From the IMG/VR virus record IMGVR_UViG_3300032046_004423, positions 1 to 31,357 of that record: a stretch of DNA of 31,357 nucleotides; one strand, 5' to 3'. The notes beneath the pieces are model-generated. The model did not search any database, was not told the origin of the DNA, and worked only from the letters and a program-made list of their open reading frames with translations. Made by a program: the position numbers and the translations under genes. This DNA comes from a virus. Lineage: Duplodnaviria > Heunggongvirae > Uroviricota > Caudoviricetes. Positions 16,252 to 24,028 of this stretch are shown piece by piece (position 1 is the first letter of the stretch; each line of letters begins with the position of its first letter).

Positions 16252-16621
16252 TTGAGTCTACTTCGTAAATTTTCTTAAGCTTAGTAAGGGTCGCTTCCAT
16301 CTCCTTGCTAAATAGAGATTCTTTGAGAGTCTCATATAGCATTCTTCCTGCCCTGTCTTTTCTAAGCTTCAGATAGTCTAGGAGTTCAGTGTAGCTATCA
16401 GTAAGGGTTCTCATATCCCATTTAGTTAGAAGTCGAATGGGTTCTGGAGTTACCGCGATACTAAAGTACTGGCCCTTAGTATCAAAGAATTCTTTTCTTT
16501 CTGTGTTTGGGTCATTTCTCTGTATATTAGTTACCAAACTCTTAACTAGCTCCCAGGCCTCACTTTGGGAGACTTCTACCATAACTGAGTAGGGCCTTTT
16601 CTTAAAGATATCTATTCTCAC
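16205..16621 (-). CDS. Hypothetical protein, 138 aa
   Basis: AGGAGG SD; ORF track. Confidence 0.7.
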   Translation of the reverse strand: MRIDIFKKRPYSVMVEVSQSEAWELVKSLVTNIQRNDPNTERKEFFDTKGQYFSIAVTPEPIRLLTKWDMRTLTDSYTELLDYLKLRKDRAGRMLYETLKESLFSKEMEATLTKLKKIYEVDSNENKRGKEGKGQVTD

Positions 16622-16827
16622 TAGTTACCTCCTACCATATCTTCAAATATATGCTTTCTCTCTGGACTGGGTTCTATTACTAGAGTACCAGCCTTCATTG
16701 CTTCTAAAATCTCAAGCTTGGTAGTAAGTAGTTTACCATCTGAGTAATGCTTAGTACCAAGTGCTAACTCATTATCTATACTACCGATAATGAGTAGTGC
16801 TTTACAGTATGAATCTAAAACTCCCAT
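16621..16827 (-). CDS. Hypothetical protein, 68 aa
   Basis: ORF track; TAGATG junction. Confidence 0.6.
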   Translation of the reverse strand: MGVLDSYCKALLIIGSIDNELALGTKHYSDGKLLTTKLEILEAMKAGTLVIEPSPERKHIFEDMVGGN

Positions 16828-16834
16828 ACTAACC

Positions 16835-17077
16835 TTAACTAGGGCATCCCCTAAGTGTCCTTAAATCAAGCAGGTCAGGCTGGACTGTTGCAGGCTCAGT
16901 AAGGGGATTGTGGAGTATTATACTTTGCCAGCTTATATGTAAGTATCCTACCTTATTTCCATTTATCTCAATTAAGAGATGGTCATGGTCTTTCCTATAG
17001 TCTTCTTCTTTGGTTATTACTACTTTATCTCCCAAAAATCCCTTAAGTTCTATCATTTCCATTTTACTATCATCCAT
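16835..17077 (-). CDS. Hypothetical protein, 80 aa
   Basis: ORF track. Confidence 0.6.
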   Translation of the reverse strand: MDDSKMEMIELKGFLGDKVVITKEEDYRKDHDHLLIEINGNKVGYLHISWQSIILHNPLTEPATVQPDLLDLRTLRGCPS

Positions 17078-17276
17078 ACTTAACCTCCTTAACTATTACT
17101 AGGAAAAATCTAGGAACGGTTGGGGTTTTAACTCTAAGCTTAAGTTTAAGATCCCCTAACTTTTCTAGAACTTCAATAGTGGGTAGTTCATCGTAGATAT
17201 CATAGATGCCATCTCCATCTACTTTTCTAGTCCTGGAGAATATAGCATCTACTACCTGTTCCTTTAGATAATCCAT
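17070..17276 (-). CDS. Hypothetical protein, 68 aa
   Basis: AAGGAG SD; ORF track. Confidence 0.65.
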   Translation of the reverse strand: MDYLKEQVVDAIFSRTRKVDGDGIYDIYDELPTIEVLEKLGDLKLKLRVKTPTVPRFFLVIVKEVKYG

Positions 17277-17279
17277 AGC

Positions 17280-17432
17280 TTACTCCTTCTCCTCTTCAAC
17301 TTCTAGACTTACTATCGTTGCAGGTATTGGAAGTATTCTACTCCTAAGTATTGCCTTCTTGGCTTCCTCAGGTGTGAACCTATCAGAGACTGGGTTAGAT
17401 ATGAATTCCACTTTTACCCTTGGGATTCTCAT
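17280..17432 (-). CDS. Hypothetical protein, 50 aa (MRIPRVKVEFISNP...)
   Basis: Translated by hand; AGGAGG SD. Confidence 0.65.
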   Translation of the reverse strand: MRIPRVKVEFISNPVSDRFTPEEAKKAILRSRILPIPATIVSLEVEEEKE

Positions 17433-17450
17433 ATATGTTACCTCCTATCT

Positions 17451-17657
17451 TTAGTAGTTTACACACTCGAGTATTCTACCTTTTATCAGTGCTACTTTGA
17501 CATTGGGTCTAATACCTACCTTCCACCTGTAGAAGCACATAGCTTCGTTAGGGTTGTAAAACTGACTGATACCTTCTGGCTCTGTTACTAGATATCGGAA
17601 ATTTTTAGGTCTACTATCTTTTTCTGATGGGCGACTACCTTTCTTTTCTTCGGGCAT
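17451..17657 (-). CDS. Hypothetical protein, 68 aa
   Basis: ORF track. Confidence 0.55.
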   Translation of the reverse strand: MPEEKKGSRPSEKDSRPKNFRYLVTEPEGISQFYNPNEAMCFYRWKVGIRPNVKVALIKGRILECVNY

Positions 17658-17663
17658 TTGCGT

Positions 17664-17888
17664 TTAGTCCTCCCACTTGGTCTTCCACTCTTGGTAAGAA
17701 GCTAATGTATGTATAGTTGGGAATAAGAATAAGACCCAAATAGGAACAACCCCAATAGTAATTAAAACACTAGCAAAGAGTAGAACCATCAGTATACCTA
17801 CTAGTAAATCCTTTTCAGATTCCAGCCATCTAGGACACTCCTTGATTTCCTCTAAGTACCATCCCCAAAAACCTTCTTTGGTTTCCAC
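17664..17888 (-). CDS. Membrane protein, 74 aa
   Basis: Long hydrophobic stretch LLVGILMVLLFASVLITIGVVPIWVLFLFP. Confidence 0.65.
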   Translation of the reverse strand: METKEGFWGWYLEEIKECPRWLESEKDLLVGILMVLLFASVLITIGVVPIWVLFLFPTIHTLASYQEWKTKWED

Positions 17889-17928
17889 TTTACTTACTCC
17901 TTATCTCTTTCTTTATTTTCTTCTAACT

Positions 17929-18108
17929 TCAATCTTTCTTGGTAGCTTTTAAGACTTTTTGCCCTGTCCACTTCGCTATAAAGGCAGCATCTTCATTAGC
18001 CCTTATTGCAAATGCTAACTCATCATCAGTCATAGCAATCTTGCACTTCGGGCAGATGTAATAGCCACACGCAATGAGTTCTGTATCTTCGCAGTAGGGA
18101 CAAAGCAT
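17929..18108 (-). CDS. Zn-ribbon protein, 59 aa (CPYC...CPKC)
   Basis: Translated by hand; fills the gap. Confidence 0.65.
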   Translation of the reverse strand: MLCPYCEDTELIACGYYICPKCKIAMTDDELAFAIRANEDAAFIAKWTGQKVLKATKKD

Positions 18109-18128
18109 TCTATTTCCTTATCTTTGTG

Positions 18129-18329
18129 CTATTCCTTAACCTCAACCTCAATCTCATCCACATTACAAAGTACTACTGCTACTTCATCCTCTTCGGGGCT
18201 AAAGCAACCTGTTACAGCGCCAGCCGCGATACAATCTCGAACAAGCATCTCTGCCCTATCACTCGATACTGCATCAACAGAAACGTGAACTATAAATGTC
18301 TTTATAACTTCCATACTACCAGGACTCAC
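18129..18329 (-). CDS. Hypothetical protein, 66 aa
   Basis: ORF track. Confidence 0.55.
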   Translation of the reverse strand: MSPGSMEVIKTFIVHVSVDAVSSDRAEMLVRDCIAAGAVTGCFSPEEDEVAVVLCNVDEIEVEVKE

Positions 18330-18807
18330 TTACTAGTATATACCCTACTGTTCCGATTGTCACAATCCAGGAGATAATCATACTGATAAAAACTAGTACG
18401 AACATAGGATGTATAAAGTAGAAATAAACAGGAGCTATTTCTATTTCCCGAATTATCCCCCTTACATCATCCATCCCAGCCTGATATGCCACACCACTTC
18501 TGTCCATTAAGTTAATCGTCTCGGTACGATTTATAGCCTGACTGATAGTTTCTCTGTCCATATCCGCATTGTTCCACGGAGTCTTGAAGATTATTGCTGC
18601 ATATCCATTCTCATAGTGCCACTTACTGAGACCTGCGTCTGCTTGTTTCAGGTAATAAAGCATATCATCGGCCTGAGCTGCCACTTGTGCACGTTGCAGC
18701 CAAGCTCCTGTGTCACGGCTAATAAAATAGTCAGTTACTCCTACAATTACGGAGAGGACGACTGCCAGGATACCGAATAGTACCGCTATTGTTACTGCGA
18801 CTTTCAT
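18316..18807 (-). CDS. Two-TM membrane protein, paralogue of 9090..9668, 163 aa
   Basis: N- and C-terminal TM helices; shared internal motifs. Confidence 0.75.
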   Translation of the reverse strand: MKVAVTIAVLFGILAVVLSVIVGVTDYFISRDTGAWLQRAQVAAQADDMLYYLKQADAGLSKWHYENGYAAIIFKTPWNNADMDRETISQAINRTETINLMDRSGVAYQAGMDDVRGIIREIEIAPVYFYFIHPMFVLVFISMIISWIVTIGTVGYILVSESW

Positions 18808-19220
18808 TTTCCTCCTTTCCTGTTAGGCATAGCTTCATCTAAGTCCTTCTTGGTATTAGAACCCTGCCCAAATTCAACCACTCCTCTTACTCGGTTACAG
18901 TATTCTATAAACTCCTTAGCATCTTTGAGAGATTTACTAGAACATTGTTTTTCTAGTTGAGCAAGGGTTGGAAGGGGACAGTCAGGATGTAAGCTACTTA
19001 TCATAGAGGTTTTATATATTAGTTTTGGCTTCAAAGTGTCACCATCCTTTTGCAGAGGACAATAGACCTCCATTGGCTCACATTTTCCCCTTAATTCCAC
19101 TATTGCTATTGGGCAGTGTCCACAGCAGGTAAAGGCCAGTACTCTTATATCCTTGTCTAATTTAGGGTCCATAGTCACCTCTTTTTCCCTAAAATACCTA
19201 TCCTTTGCAATTCTATTCAT
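18804..19220 (-). CDS. Cys-rich hypothetical protein, 138 aa
   Basis: AAGGAGG SD; CCGHCP...C...YCP...DCPL. Confidence 0.7.
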   Translation of the reverse strand: MNRIAKDRYFREKEVTMDPKLDKDIRVLAFTCCGHCPIAIVELRGKCEPMEVYCPLQKDGDTLKPKLIYKTSMISSLHPDCPLPTLAQLEKQCSSKSLKDAKEFIEYCNRVRGVVEFGQGSNTKKDLDEAMPNRKGGK

Positions 19221-19232
19221 TAGGTTACCTCC

Positions 19233-19444
19233 TTATAAGTTTAACCTTATGTCTACTTCGGGGGATACAGGGCCTCCCTTGATGATTTCTACCAAAAATG
19301 TGTCAGTAAAGGGCAGCTTCTCATATTTGGGATAGACACTTACTAATGCTTTGACTACACCATCATCACCAATTAGTTTAAGGTGGACAGAGTCGGGCCT
19401 TCCTACCTGTATAGCAGGAGTTTTTCTACCTCTATTTTTTCCAT
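19233..19444 (-). pseudogene. PAIQVGRP family copy B with a 1-bp deletion near codon 9
   Basis: ATG 19444 (GGAGG SD, MEKIEVEK) aligns with copy A but has GG at 19417-19418 where copy A has GGG (12384-12386); the ORF track rescues the rest only via an upstream TTG. Confidence 0.65.
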
Positions 19445-19470
19445 TGTTCCCTCCCTCTCTCCTTTGGAAC

Positions 19471-19869
19471 CTACCGGCCTTCAAAAAACCTATGGATGAA
19501 GTCCTCGAAACTGGGTTCTCGGTCTGACCAAACTACAATGAAGCCTTTTCTAACCCCGATATTCTTACCCCACAGGTTATGCTCGACCTTCACAGAAAAC
19601 CAGAAGAGACGCTCTAGTATACCCATTCTATCTACGAGCTCCTCAAGCTTTGCATCATACTCTTCCTCGTTGTCTACTCGACCAAACTTTCTCTCTGCTG
19701 CTATCAGTGCCTCGCTCTTCATCGTATTGTTCCAGAGGGTGTAAAGCTTCCTTAAGTCTTCAGACATTACACCAGCCTCGTGGTCGTCTTTACTGAGTTC
19801 TGAGTTTGGTTCTAGAAACTCTTTAACTTCGCTTAGTTCAAGTGGTAATAGTTTAATAAATGTATTCAT
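19471..19869 (-). CDS. Hypothetical protein, 132 aa
   Basis: AAGGAG SD; ORF track. Confidence 0.7.
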   Translation of the reverse strand: MNTFIKLLPLELSEVKEFLEPNSELSKDDHEAGVMSEDLRKLYTLWNNTMKSEALIAAERKFGRVDNEEEYDAKLEELVDRMGILERLFWFSVKVEHNLWGKNIGVRKGFIVVWSDREPSFEDFIHRFFEGR

Positions 19870-19882
19870 CTTTGTCTCCTTC

Positions 19883-20341
19883 TTAGATAGTTTCTTTCCA
19901 TACAGTTAAGGGTGCTGGAGGTACTGGGGGTTTTATTCTTACCCACCATGTAGCCTCTAGCAGGAAGACATCATAACCTGTCGTTTTTGCAAGTCTCTCT
20001 GCTTCAGTTTTGGCTTCTAACTTATTCCAGTGTTGGTACTTGGGAACATCCTTTCCATCAACAAAGCACATCCAGAACTTCTTTCTGCCAGCTTTTTGGG
20101 GAGGAATATTGGGAAGAGTATCTTCTTCATCGTATGTGTAGAGTATCTCGTACTTTACCCTCTCTGGTAATCCATAAACTAGCTCATATGGGTTCCAGTG
20201 GTAGGTCTTTCCAGTATCCAAGTTAGTGCAGAGAGGCTCCCCCAACTGGTTCTTCTGGTTCGTTTTAATGTAGGTATTTCCATCCATACACTTCCTAAAC
20301 ATAGACCCTACACTTAACTGACTTAGTCTAACTTTATCCAT
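19883..20341 (-). CDS. Conserved phage hypothetical protein (FWM...P...H...EAERLA), 152 aa
   Basis: AGGAGG SD; motif recalled from phage hypothetical proteins. Confidence 0.7.
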   Translation of the reverse strand: MDKVRLSQLSVGSMFRKCMDGNTYIKTNQKNQLGEPLCTNLDTGKTYHWNPYELVYGLPERVKYEILYTYDEEDTLPNIPPQKAGRKKFWMCFVDGKDVPKYQHWNKLEAKTEAERLAKTTGYDVFLLEATWWVRIKPPVPPAPLTVWKETI

Positions 20342-20372
20342 TGTCCCTCCTATTATTGTTTATTTTCCTTTA

Positions 20373-20888
20373 CTAACTTAAATTGGGATTATACTCCTTG
20401 ATGATACTTCCAACTGGAATAACTAATCTGTTAGTGGCGTTATTGGTCTGTTCCCCCCAGCCAAAACTTGGAGGTGCTATCCACCAAGAGCAAGGTTTCC
20501 AAACGGGCTTACCTTTCTGGTAGCAGGGCAAAGTATTGTTAGTTTCATAGATATCACAGAAGCTTGCTTCTATGAACTCAAGATGGTATAGTCCTTCCGA
20601 TACTTCTCTGTAAACATAATAGACGGGTTCCTGCTGGAAATAACCACTTCCTAATATAAATGTTCCCCCAAGGTTCCGAGTAGTTTCTAATGAGGTAATG
20701 TTATATTGAGTAGTATACTTAATCTCAACTATACCAGTCCTACTGAGAGGCATGGCAGCTAGGAAGGAAACAAAGCCTATTATTAGGCATACAATACCAA
20801 TGTTAATTCCTTTTGTAAACTCCAAAAGATTAAGTACTATTATGAGAAGACCTACTGCTAAGAGGACAATCCCTAGTATAAATAACAT
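20373..20888 (-). CDS. Two-TM membrane protein (GTFILGSG family), 171 aa
   Basis: N-terminal TM hairpin followed by a soluble domain. Confidence 0.7.
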   Translation of the reverse strand: MLFILGIVLLAVGLLIIVLNLLEFTKGINIGIVCLIIGFVSFLAAMPLSRTGIVEIKYTTQYNITSLETTRNLGGTFILGSGYFQQEPVYYVYREVSEGLYHLEFIEASFCDIYETNNTLPCYQKGKPVWKPCSWWIAPPSFGWGEQTNNATNRLVIPVGSIIKEYNPNLS

Positions 20889-20891
20889 ACT

Positions 20892-21125
20892 TTACTCCTT
20901 CGGTCTTTGTACTAAATTCTTATAGAAGGTATTACCAAGCTCCCATTCAATAAGTTCTACCGAATCCCTTCTAAAGTCCATACCCAGAAAACCATGCTTT
21001 TGGTTGTGGCATTGCATCTCACCATCATCTCCATAGAAGTACTCACTAGGGCATCCGTGATGAAGCCATAGTAGTGTTCTTAGTACTAATTCTTCCCTGG
21101 GTATATCTGGAAAATCATCTGGCAT
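20892..21125 (-). CDS. Conserved phage hypothetical protein (LWLHHGC...YGDDGEMQC), 77 aa
   Basis: AAGGAGG SD; recognisable motif. Confidence 0.7.
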   Translation of the reverse strand: MPDDFPDIPREELVLRTLLWLHHGCPSEYFYGDDGEMQCHNQKHGFLGMDFRRDSVELIEWELGNTFYKNLVQRPKE

Positions 21126-21174
21126 CTAAACCTCCTTATCAATAAGATAGTCCAGTATAGGCTTAATTGGGAAG

Positions 21175-21453
21175 TCACAATATCTCCTTACTAATTACCC
21201 AATCTTTCTTTTTAGCTTGCCAACGAACTGTATCTTTAATACAAGGCACATCGCTTTCTGCTTCCTCTACTGCTTCCTTTATCCCTGTCTTGTAGCCTTC
21301 ATTGGCTTTATATTCTATCCAGCGATTTACAAGGAATTTTACAGCCTCCAATTTATTCTCAGTGGTTACCTGTGACTGGAAGGTTGTTCTGAGATTACAA
21401 AATAGTTTACGAATTTCTTTATCATCCATTGCTATTTTAGTTTTAGCTTCCAT
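21175..21453 (-). CDS. Hypothetical protein, 92 aa
   Basis: AAGGAGG SD; KTGIKEAVE...WQAKKKDWVI. Confidence 0.7.
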   Translation of the reverse strand: MEAKTKIAMDDKEIRKLFCNLRTTFQSQVTTENKLEAVKFLVNRWIEYKANEGYKTGIKEAVEEAESDVPCIKDTVRWQAKKKDWVISKEIL

Positions 21454-21473
21454 TGTCTCCTCCTTTATGTCTT

Positions 21474-21579
21474 ATTCTATAGTATTTGGGAGCAAGATGC
21501 CTAGGGAGGTTAATCCATAGAAAGGAGACAGCTCTGGCAAGGAGAGTCAACTGCATCTTGCCCCCAAGTACTATAGAAT
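21474..21579 (-). repeat. Long intergenic inverted repeat (27-bp stem, 52-nt loop)
   Basis: ATTCTATAGTATTTGGGAGCAAGATGC (21474-21500) versus GCATCTTGCCCCCAAGTACTATAGAAT (21553-21579): 25/27 Watson-Crick, and one of the remaining two is G-U. Confidence 0.9.
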
Positions 21580-21597
21580 CTTGACTCACTGTCAGTA

Positions 21598-21657
21598 CTA
21601 CCTTCCTTCACCGTTACCGGAAAATACTTTGACCTTAATACCCTTCTTGCACCTCAT
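21598..21657 (-). CDS. 19-aa micro-ORF or gene remnant (MRCKKGIKVKVFSGNGEGR)
   Basis: Translated by hand; ends just before the stem-loop. Confidence 0.3.
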   Translation of the reverse strand: MRCKKGIKVKVFSGNGEGR

Positions 21658-21665
21658 ACTTTTAC

Positions 21666-21842
21666 TTACTCTTCTTCTTCCTTCCACTCAAACTCAGCAC
21701 AGCAAATGCCACAGGTAGTTTGCCCTTGCATTTGGCCTATAGGAACAGTGCGTGAAAGATGTGCACCACACTTAGGGCAAGGGAATCTAACTTCCCTATG
21801 GGTCGGTTCCCTTGTTAACTTAGTTTTAATTATCTTAACCAT
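21666..21842 (-). CDS. Zn-ribbon protein, 58 aa (CPKC...CGIC)
   Basis: Translated by hand; TAATG junction with the upstream gene. Confidence 0.7.
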   Translation of the reverse strand: MVKIIKTKLTREPTHREVRFPCPKCGAHLSRTVPIGQMQGQTTCGICCAEFEWKEEEE

Positions 21843-22249
21843 TATTTTTCTTCCCCCAATTCTCCTTTCCTACACTCAAGGGGGTCACCCCACTTCTTAT
21901 TACACAGTGGGCAGTACTCAAACTGCTCGCACCAGCACCCATAGCATATTTTACTATCACCTATCCAAACTGTCCCGCTGCCTGGATGCTTCTTCCCACA
22001 ACTAGTAACTCCTTTACCCTCCACTACTATTTTTGGTGCTAAGTCTATTGTAGCTACCTTTACCTTTACTACATCATAGATTTCAATTTCTAGTAGTTCC
22101 TCAACTGGATGGGATATATGGAAGTTCTCTCTTACTCTAGGAATTTCCTCCGAGGCCTTTTCAGTTATATCCTTCAAGTTCTCTGCCTCAAGAACATTAT
22201 AGCATATGGTACTTTCACTTAACTTGGCCCAAAGCTCATAGAGTCTCAT
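21842..22249 (-). CDS. Hypothetical protein with a Cys-rich C-terminus, 135 aa
   Basis: AAGGAGG SD; ORF track. Confidence 0.7.
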   Translation of the reverse strand: MRLYELWAKLSESTICYNVLEAENLKDITEKASEEIPRVRENFHISHPVEELLEIEIYDVVKVKVATIDLAPKIVVEGKGVTSCGKKHPGSGTVWIGDSKICYGCWCEQFEYCPLCNKKWGDPLECRKGELGEEK

Positions 22250-22768
22250 TTAACCCTCCTTTACTATCTCAGCAATTCTATCTGCTAGCTGATTAATGCT
22301 TTCTGGGTCAGTAGGGTCTACATGGATTATATTTTCTTTGGGGATACTCTTAAGGACTTCCTCCATGGGGTCATACCCTCCATCAAGTTTACGTTGCCAC
22401 TCAGTTTGGGCACTCAGTATCTCCTTATCTAGGGCTTCTTCACTGGATATCTCGTAAATTCTCATTCCATGTCCCTCTGCCTGTTTTAACCAGGCATCAT
22501 AGCCATTCTTGTGAATATAGGCTAGGTGACTGACCACTGCTTGGTGCATTGCACCAGTCGTATCTTCCAACTCCCCATAAATTGCTTTATCCAGTGCCTT
22601 AGCATCCTTATTTTCTGCTATACATATCCCAGTTATATTTTGGTAGGATTTATAACCACTCCAATCAAAGGTTGGTTTATCCTTCAGAAACCTTATTCCA
22701 TTAAGAAGCATCTTTTGGCAGGCAGCTTCATAACTACTACCAAACCCACTGATATCAACTGTTTTCAC
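22250..22768 (-). CDS. Hypothetical protein, 172 aa
   Basis: GGAGG SD and GTG start. Confidence 0.75.
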   Translation of the reverse strand: MKTVDISGFGSSYEAACQKMLLNGIRFLKDKPTFDWSGYKSYQNITGICIAENKDAKALDKAIYGELEDTTGAMHQAVVSHLAYIHKNGYDAWLKQAEGHGMRIYEISSEEALDKEILSAQTEWQRKLDGGYDPMEEVLKSIPKENIIHVDPTDPESINQLADRIAEIVKEG

Positions 22769-22812
22769 TCAATCCTCCATAATACGGTCTCTTTTTTAGT
22801 TCCCTACTTATA

Positions 22813-22968
22813 TCACCCTATACTCTTGATGAAAAACTTACCATGAGTAGGGCAGATATAATCTGCTCCACCCATAGCCTTACCCAACCGTTTACATCCA
22901 CGACTACATTTTGGGCAGGGCTGATACTTAGGCATATTGGGTAATTCAGAACTACTTCCACTAGTCAT
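22813..22968 (-). CDS. Zn-binding peptide, 51 aa (CPKC...CPTH)
   Basis: Translated by hand; AAGGAGG SD. Confidence 0.65.
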   Translation of the reverse strand: MTSGSSSELPNMPKYQPCPKCSRGCKRLGKAMGGADYICPTHGKFFIKSIG

Positions 22969-23026
22969 AGAACTTTTGCCTCCTTTGGTATTTTAGCTAG
23001 GGTGATTTGATATCTTACTCCTCCTT

Positions 23027-23287
23027 TTAGAAATACCTTCTTTGGCTTACTGGCTTATCCATATCTGCAAGTATATTACTAGTTAGGGGATGTCTAAGAG
23101 CCTTAGGAGTTTCCTCTGATAGTTTTCTATAAGCTGGACAAACTTCCTTATTCCATATGCGCCAATACTCAGGACTCATACCATTCTCCTTCTTTTCAGC
23201 TTGTAGTTTGTTCCAATACTTACACCAGATAACATAAGCTGAAGGTTCATTTATCCAACCCCAAAGTCTTTTCAGCAGATTTTTCAT
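23027..23287 (-). CDS. Hypothetical protein, 86 aa
   Basis: AAGGGGAG SD; ORF track. Confidence 0.65.
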   Translation of the reverse strand: MKNLLKRLWGWINEPSAYVIWCKYWNKLQAEKKENGMSPEYWRIWNKEVCPAYRKLSEETPKALRHPLTSNILADMDKPVSQRRYF

Positions 23288-23301
23288 TCTCTCTCCCCTT
23301 A

Positions 23302-23895
23302 TTAGACTAAGCTTTCCCGCAAAGCCTTAATCCAAGCATTTCTCCCAGCTGTTCTCTCCACTTCCTTCTGGTACTCTTCAGTATGGTATTCAATATCTTT
23401 ATGGGCTTCTTTTTTCTTTTGGGATAACTAGTCTTTACCCGATAGTAGTTTGGCTGGGTTTTCTATGTAATAGTCTTCCATACCATCAAACTTAATTGAC
23501 CTTTCTATCTGTTGAACCATAAAGTCCTTAAACTCAATATGTTCTAGTGTGGGAGGCTGCCACTGTCTAACCTTCTCAAGCATACTCCTGTATTGGGCCA
23601 TAAGTTTACGGTCTTCCTTGATTTCTAGGACTATACGATTGGATTCCTGCCAGTATTCTACCCTAGCAAACCTTTCTGCTTCTGTTTCAGTCATATCTTT
23701 TAGTTTCTCAAGGGTTACCTCTGCTTTTCTTAACTCCTCTAAGTTCCAATCAGAAGGTTTGAACTCCTCAGGAATTGGCGTATCGGTTGAGTCATCTCGC
23801 ATAGTGATACAGGCTCCAAAAGCTCTAGCACAACTCATAGCGAACTGCGGGAATGTAATACCTTTTTTAATATCTTCTGTATATCCCGTTGGCAT
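23302..23895 (-). pseudogene. Conserved phage protein (MPTGYT family) interrupted by an in-frame TAG at 23428-23430
   Basis: The same frame continues LSQKKKEAHKDIEYHTEEYQKEVERTAGRNAWIKALRESLV to TAA 23302, directly before the next SD; 197 codons if read through. Confidence 0.7.
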
Positions 23896-23921
23896 TCTTC
23901 CTCCTACTGGTAAAATTTAAT

Positions 23922-24014
23922 TTGGGTGGAACAGGTTAGACCCGCAGCGGCCCTCAGTCGAGTCCATAACACCGCAAGCCTGCTCTTACAGGGCACGGCA
24001 TAACCCCAGCCCAA
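23922..24014 (-). ncRNA. Candidate compact structured RNA or cis-element
   Basis: About 60% GC intergenic island; closing stem TTGGG(C)TGG/CCACCCAA, plus AGCAGG/CCTGTT, GCGGT/GCCGC and GGACTC/GGGTCT. Confidence 0.45.
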
Positions 24015-24028
24015 TAGCATTTTTCTTT

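Noticed and set aside
12432-21579. The two long inverted repeats as MITEs or invertible segments
   Set aside because: The arms of the two elements differ, only one has a 3-bp flanking repeat (AAG), and there is no transposase or invertase in the window; not fully excluded
21585-21600. CTGACAGTGA upstream of stem-loop 2 as a fourth promoter module
   Set aside because: Only the TGACAGT core matches; spacing to TATAGT is 14 nt and the upstream tract is absent
23922-24014. tRNA, including an amber suppressor (TCTAA loop), or twister ribozyme
   Set aside because: No TTCRA T-loop, no proper D and anticodon arms; the CTA loop is in the T-arm position; twister would need UAA at L1 and a 3' GAG/GAAG pseudoknot partner, both absent
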